Below are positions 59,780-64,000 of a stretch of DNA of 64,000 nucleotides, piece by piece; positions within the stretch are counted from its first letter, which is position 1, and every line of letters begins with the position of its first letter. A program made the translations under genes and the position numbers. Below the pieces are notes generated by a model. The model was given only the letters and a program-made list of their open reading frames with translations. It made no database searches and was not told the origin of the DNA. The DNA is taken from positions 1 to 64,000 of IMG/VR virus record IMGVR_UViG_3300013233_000235; one strand, 5' to 3'.

Positions 59780-60332
59780 AAGATTTATTTTCATCGATGG
59801 TGTTGGGTATATCCATTACAGCGACGGGTTCTGCGAAGAGTACGGGTCGTGTGGGGCCGGACCCAAACCCATTTACGCACAAGGTCGCACAGTACTATTT
59901 GGTAGTGCGGATACGAATGTGGTGTGGGAGTTTACGGCCCCCGATGGTTGGCAACCTGGCGACCAAGAGACCCTGATAGAACACTTGGCTGCGGACTATG
60001 CGTCGGCGGCCATGTATGGGAATGGGCCAACCGTGATTACACAGGATGCTGCGTTCTATGGGGATGGCGTGCACCAACTGGCTGACGTATTGACGAGGCT
60101 GTTGGGTGGGTATACTATCTCGGCCATCGTGGGACTCAAATCAGGCGGGGTGATGTTAGAGATCCGGGGTAGGTATCTGCATAAACTGGTGTCGGCTAAC
60201 TACGATGATACCCCCGTGGTGTATGACACGTTACCAGCGGTGTTTGATCTCTGCGCAGCCACGATTGACCCCCCAGTGGTGCACTTCGAAGACTGGCGAA
60301 TAGAGCCTGATGGCTTATACTACGAAAAATAG
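59766..60332 (+). CDS. hypothetical protein
   Basis: ORF within the operon. Confidence 0.6.
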   Translation: MREFKRFIFIDGVGYIHYSDGFCEEYGSCGAGPKPIYAQGRTVLFGSADTNVVWEFTAPDGWQPGDQETLIEHLAADYASAAMYGNGPTVITQDAAFYGDGVHQLADVLTRLLGGYTISAIVGLKSGGVMLEIRGRYLHKLVSANYDDTPVVYDTLPAVFDLCAATIDPPVVHFEDWRIEPDGLYYEK

Positions 60333-60342
60333 GAATAGTTAA

Positions 60343-60972
60343 ATGTACACGTATAGAGATGTTACAAATGTTAGCGCCCGTATCGAGAAGATCGAGGGGT
60401 ACTCACTGATCTATGATGGGAATGAGTTCCCAAAATCCACGACCTACGATGAGAGACTAGCGATTTTAGATATACCATATAACCAGGGTCGGATATCCCT
60501 AGATACCGATGACCTCGTGGAGTTCTACAACGGGGATGGGCTGGGCTACGTCGTGGGCACGGATCTGGATGGGGTGTGTTACGCAGTGGCCATGGTGGCA
60601 ATCAGATTAGGCAAACGGATTGGCGTGAAGAATGGGATGCTGATGTTTAACGAGGCCTTTATGGCTGGCGGCGAACTTATTATGAATCATGGTAGCACCA
60701 TGACGTATCTGGAAAATGGGCGGGTATTAGAAACCGCCGGGGTGAGCGATAAACATCCTAAGCTGGCCTACGGTGAGATTGATGTCATCGGGGGGATGTA
60801 CATACACAGTGTGTCACCGGGTGGGGTACTGCATAGCACCCCCATCCCTAGCGAGTGCACATTGGTGTCACATGCTGACTACGTACAGGTTGCGGCCAGA
60901 GGTGGCCAGGTCAAGTATCGAATTCTAAACAACGGTATTACAACCCCAGTGTCAACAAAACCCCCAGAATAA
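60343..60972 (+). CDS. hypothetical protein
   Basis: AGGA RBS; ends at the cassette. Confidence 0.65.
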   Translation: MYTYRDVTNVSARIEKIEGYSLIYDGNEFPKSTTYDERLAILDIPYNQGRISLDTDDLVEFYNGDGLGYVVGTDLDGVCYAVAMVAIRLGKRIGVKNGMLMFNEAFMAGGELIMNHGSTMTYLENGRVLETAGVSDKHPKLAYGEIDVIGGMYIHSVSPGGVLHSTPIPSECTLVSHADYVQVAARGGQVKYRILNNGITTPVSTKPPE

Positions 60973-61080
60973 AGTTAGCCCCTTCGGGGGCTTTCTTTTT
61001 TATTTGTTTCCATACATTCTCAAGACTATATAACTACTATGAAGAGACGCTTTGATCTCTTATCTTGGAGTTTAGTTATG
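60970..61080 (+). repeat. terminator-promoter-hairpin-RBS cassette, full copy 4
   Basis: Nearly identical to 46016-46125, including TTGTTTCCATACATTCT and GGAGTTTAGTTATG. Confidence 0.9.
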
Positions 61081-61659
61081 AACGAAGATACACATAAAGC
61101 TGAGTTTAGAACCATCGATGATAAAGTGTACCTGGTATTGGGTGGTGGGTTAGTACACTACCCCCTGGTGAATCTTTTCTTAGAACTGGTCACCGTGAAC
61201 AGGACGCACGCTGTTTACAAGGATGCCGGGAGGGCGTTCATATGTAACGCCTACGAATGTTACATCGATGATAACATTGCCATCCCCACCAGATTGGTGG
61301 ATGAGTTGCTATCAGTCCGCAATAATTGTTGCCAGCTGGCAACGCGCCGAAACATCGTTATAGATGGAGTGGTACGGGATATGCCATTATCCCTATCGGG
61401 CAGCCTTAAGCTGTTCGAGGTAATGGCCGTAAACGGCGATTGGCCAAACACTGTCATAACAACGTGGTGTGACGGCAAAGGCGTGCACAGGACAAACCTG
61501 GCCACCGGGCGACAATTCCCCCAAGTGGGACACCTACCCACCACAGTGGGTGTTAGCGAGGATGGTAGTGTGGTACATCTAGACAGTGGGTGGTCACTGA
61601 CGATGGATGGCATGGTGCTTACAGACCAACTAGAATCTTCTAAGGAGGATGCCACATGA
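61078..61659 (+). CDS. hypothetical protein
   Basis: Start re-set to the ATG after the cassette RBS. Confidence 0.65.
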   Translation: MNEDTHKAEFRTIDDKVYLVLGGGLVHYPLVNLFLELVTVNRTHAVYKDAGRAFICNAYECYIDDNIAIPTRLVDELLSVRNNCCQLATRRNIVIDGVVRDMPLSLSGSLKLFEVMAVNGDWPNTVITTWCDGKGVHRTNLATGRQFPQVGHLPTTVGVSEDGSVVHLDSGWSLTMDGMVLTDQLESSKEDAT

Positions 61660-61946
61660 CGGACGCAGTCATGGGGACCGTATTGCACACCCCGACCTCG
61701 GCGTACCGAATCGGCGCCACATGTGACTTCCAAGAGATGGGGGATGATTACGAAGTGGTCCATACTTCACAGGGCTACACCGTGGCAACACCATCTGGGG
61801 ACGTACTACTACCCCACGATGCACCTCTAAGATTTATCACCAGTGTCACCGGGGTTACCCGCACGGGTGTGATGGCACTAAACAAGGGTAAGATTGTGCT
61901 ATTCCACCGTGACGAAGCTGGCACGATGGGGGTAGATAAGCTGTAA
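61656..61946 (+). CDS. hypothetical protein
   Basis: AGGAGG RBS, ATGA coupling. Confidence 0.6.
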   Translation: MTDAVMGTVLHTPTSAYRIGATCDFQEMGDDYEVVHTSQGYTVATPSGDVLLPHDAPLRFITSVTGVTRTGVMALNKGKIVLFHRDEAGTMGVDKL

Positions 61947-61974
61947 AAAAAGGGCGGTTATCCGCCCTTTTTTT
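61945..61974. terminator. bidirectional terminator
   Basis: A7-GGGCGG-TTAT-CCGCCC-T7 between convergent genes. Confidence 0.85.
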
Positions 61975-62701
61975 ATTTGCTTATAAAGATCCCACTATAT
62001 CTGTGGTATTGTCTCTTATCACCCATGATTGAAAGCTTACGCCATTTCGGTAGATGTTCCTCATTATAAATCTCATAGGCATCCGAATATGAATCCAACA
62101 CCTCCCTAAAGGCACCACCCGTGGACCCACCGGTGTTGACGGCCAGGGATGCATTGATTACTAATGTGTTATACACAAACCCTTTTTCAGCCGATACACA
62201 CATGTTACCAAAATGCCTCTTAGATGTGTTAGGCATGTTTTCCAATCCCGAGGCATGTTCTAGCATCACTCGCACGGTTATACGCTGGCGGCGCCAAAAC
62301 CCCTTAATACCAATGGTGTTGGGGCCAATAAGGTAGACCTCCGATGTACCCTCGTGTGTGGGGTCACCTAAGGTGGAGGGCTCCAGGGTGTTATACCCGT
62401 ATGAGGCGGACATAGCACTGGTTATATCACGGCCTTCCCTTAAGGATTTGGGGACTGTTATAGAGATGCCATGTTCGATATCCCTGGTGGGTAGCCCGAA
62501 TAGATCGATGTCTTTGACAGTACCACTGACAACATTAATATCGGTCATGACAACCCCCCGAATCACATCTTCAACAACGCGGGACTCTACAGACGCCGCA
62601 CCGTTATACATGGCCCCACCACTCAGATGGGCAGCGTGGATGAGGTCATTGGGGATTTCTCGGTATATTTTTTTTAATCCGTAACTAATGTGTGATTCCA
62701 T
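61973..62701 (-). CDS. hypothetical protein divergent from phuZ, probably a conserved phiKZ-like gene
   Basis: 242 aa; EIP..L N-terminus and YSDA.E.Y.E...KW C-terminus recalled from phiKZ-like phages. Confidence 0.65.
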   Translation of the reverse strand: MESHISYGLKKIYREIPNDLIHAAHLSGGAMYNGAASVESRVVEDVIRGVVMTDINVVSGTVKDIDLFGLPTRDIEHGISITVPKSLREGRDITSAMSASYGYNTLEPSTLGDPTHEGTSEVYLIGPNTIGIKGFWRRQRITVRVMLEHASGLENMPNTSKRHFGNMCVSAEKGFVYNTLVINASLAVNTGGSTGGAFREVLDSYSDAYEIYNEEHLPKWRKLSIMGDKRQYHRYSGIFISK

Positions 62702-62738
62702 GGTGGCACCCTTTACTGTGTTCGGTGAATTGATAGGC

Positions 62739-62774
62739 CTATATAACTACCATGATGGGTAACAACCCTTCATG
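62739..62774 (+). promoter_or_regulatory. early-type promoter with leader hairpin upstream of phuZ
   Basis: CTATATAAC-TACC-ATG; CATGATGGGT-AACA-ACCCTTCATG. Confidence 0.6.
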
Positions 62775-62846
62775 CAGGCATACCATTTAAACATATGCCA
62801 ATCTACATATTGTGCTTTTAGGCACACTACTTAATAGGAAAGTAAC

Positions 62847-63902
62847 ATGAACAAACATACATTGAGAATTTACGGCGGCGGCGGTGTTGGTGCAAACGCA
62901 TTAATCCATGGGATCAACATCCCAGAGGAATTACAAAACGCTGGTGTGTTCCCACGAACACAGGCCGTGATCCTGGACACATCGGATGCCAACATCCGCG
63001 GCATGGAAGAACAGATGCTCGATCTGGGCATCACTGCGTTCCTTGTACCCGATGCACGCGGATTTGGTAAGGACCGCACAAAGGCGTACAAGGCTATTTC
63101 ACCCCACATTGCAACCATCCTGCAAGAGAATCCTGCTGGGGATTACAACATCGTGATCGGGGGAACCTCCGGTGCCAGCGGTAGCATCTTTGCCCACTTG
63201 CTGACAATGGAGCTGCTTAAACGGGGCGAGAACGTAGTGGTTATTCTTGTCGGCTCTATCGCATCAGCCATCGAGGCCGATAGCGCCAAGAAGGTGATTG
63301 AAGGTCTTCAGGGTGCCTGCGAGTCCAGCAAACGATCTTTGCCCTTCGTGTACTTAGAGAATGCCTCGTCACCTAATGAGGATATGCCATGGCAAATGCC
63401 CCAAGGCGATGCTGATAAAGAGATTGACCGCGTGGTTGGTTATCTGGCAATGATGACCTCTGGGAACCTGACGCGTTTGGATCATCGCGATGTGAGCAAC
63501 TTCTTACACCCTGACAAGGTTGTGAAGTCCGTGCCACCCCAGCTGACCCAACTTGTCGTTGGTAAAACCAACGACGACCATTGGTCGGAATACGTTGGTA
63601 AAACCATCACCACGATGTCCGCGCGACAATCGTCCGACACTGGGATACCGGCGTTGGAGAGCTTGTATGACACCGAGGGGTTTTATAAGCCAGAGATTCA
63701 CACTGGTAACAAGCTCAGTGACGCCCTCCCATCCACGGGGTTGGAAGATCTACTACTAGCCACCACAACTAAGGATGTGGCTGCGATCTACGAACACCTA
63801 ACCGAAGTGTGTGATACATATGAATCACACGCATCCAACCTTAGCAAAGCCAGTGCCATCTCATCATCATCCGATATGGGTGGGGATTGCATGGTCCTTT
63901 AA
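62847..63902 (+). CDS. phuZ: phage tubulin PhuZ (TubZ/FtsZ family)
   Basis: YGGGGVGAN, DTSDAN, GFGKDR, GGTSGASGS (T4 loop), LDHRDV.NF (T7 loop), C-terminal GDCMVL tail. Confidence 0.9.
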   Translation: MNKHTLRIYGGGGVGANALIHGINIPEELQNAGVFPRTQAVILDTSDANIRGMEEQMLDLGITAFLVPDARGFGKDRTKAYKAISPHIATILQENPAGDYNIVIGGTSGASGSIFAHLLTMELLKRGENVVVILVGSIASAIEADSAKKVIEGLQGACESSKRSLPFVYLENASSPNEDMPWQMPQGDADKEIDRVVGYLAMMTSGNLTRLDHRDVSNFLHPDKVVKSVPPQLTQLVVGKTNDDHWSEYVGKTITTMSARQSSDTGIPALESLYDTEGFYKPEIHTGNKLSDALPSTGLEDLLLATTTKDVAAIYEHLTEVCDTYESHASNLSKASAISSSSDMGGDCMVL

Positions 63903-63908
63903 TAAATC

Positions 63909-63936
63909 GTACGGCGGGCGCTGATGCCCGCCGTAC
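63909..63936 (+). terminator. hairpin after phuZ (no T-tract)
   Basis: GTACGGCGGGC-GCTGAT-GCCCGCCGTAC. Confidence 0.55.
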
Positions 63937-63951
63937 AACATCGGAGGTAGC

Positions 63952-64000
63952 ATGACCACAAGTTTCATAATACCTATTAGTGGGAGGGATCTGCGAATAG
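63952..64000 (+). CDS. 3'-truncated ORF
   Basis: GGAGG RBS then ATG, open to the window end. Confidence 0.5.
   Translation, partial: MTTSFIIPISGRDLRI

Noticed and set aside
29218-61080. Cassette repeats as a CRISPR array or IS ends
   Set aside because: They are dispersed, separated by whole genes of variable length, with no cas or transposase gene, and they resolve into terminator, promoter and RBS parts.
1-64000. Stop-codon reassignment
   Set aside because: Core genes are full length under the standard code, and TAA, TAG and TGA all end genes.

Overview
This window is part of a phiKZ-like jumbo myovirus genome (nucleus-forming lineage, Chimalliviridae-type). The call rests on protein motifs and synteny; no database search was run. 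The core morphogenesis block has a 3738-aa gp181-like tail protein carrying an M23 peptidase domain, three virion RNA polymerase subunits (beta' with NADFDGD, beta, and a small beta' C-terminal piece), a gp175-like prohead protease, an SbcC/Rad50-like ATPase, tail tube, tail sheath, three structural genes and the large terminase. Further on are nrdB and the tubulin PhuZ. Accessory blocks at about 29-31 kb, 42-50 kb and 52.7-62 kb contain mostly hypothetical genes and many tiny membrane proteins. The most striking unexplained structure is a repeated ~110-bp intergenic cassette: a UUCG terminator, a TATATAAC-N4-ATG early-type promoter, a leader hairpin and an RBS. The hairpin keeps a C-NNNUU-G-A apex even when its stem is completely replaced, which suggests a protein-recognised 5' RNA tag on early transcripts. 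I saw no tRNA, rRNA or CRISPR array.
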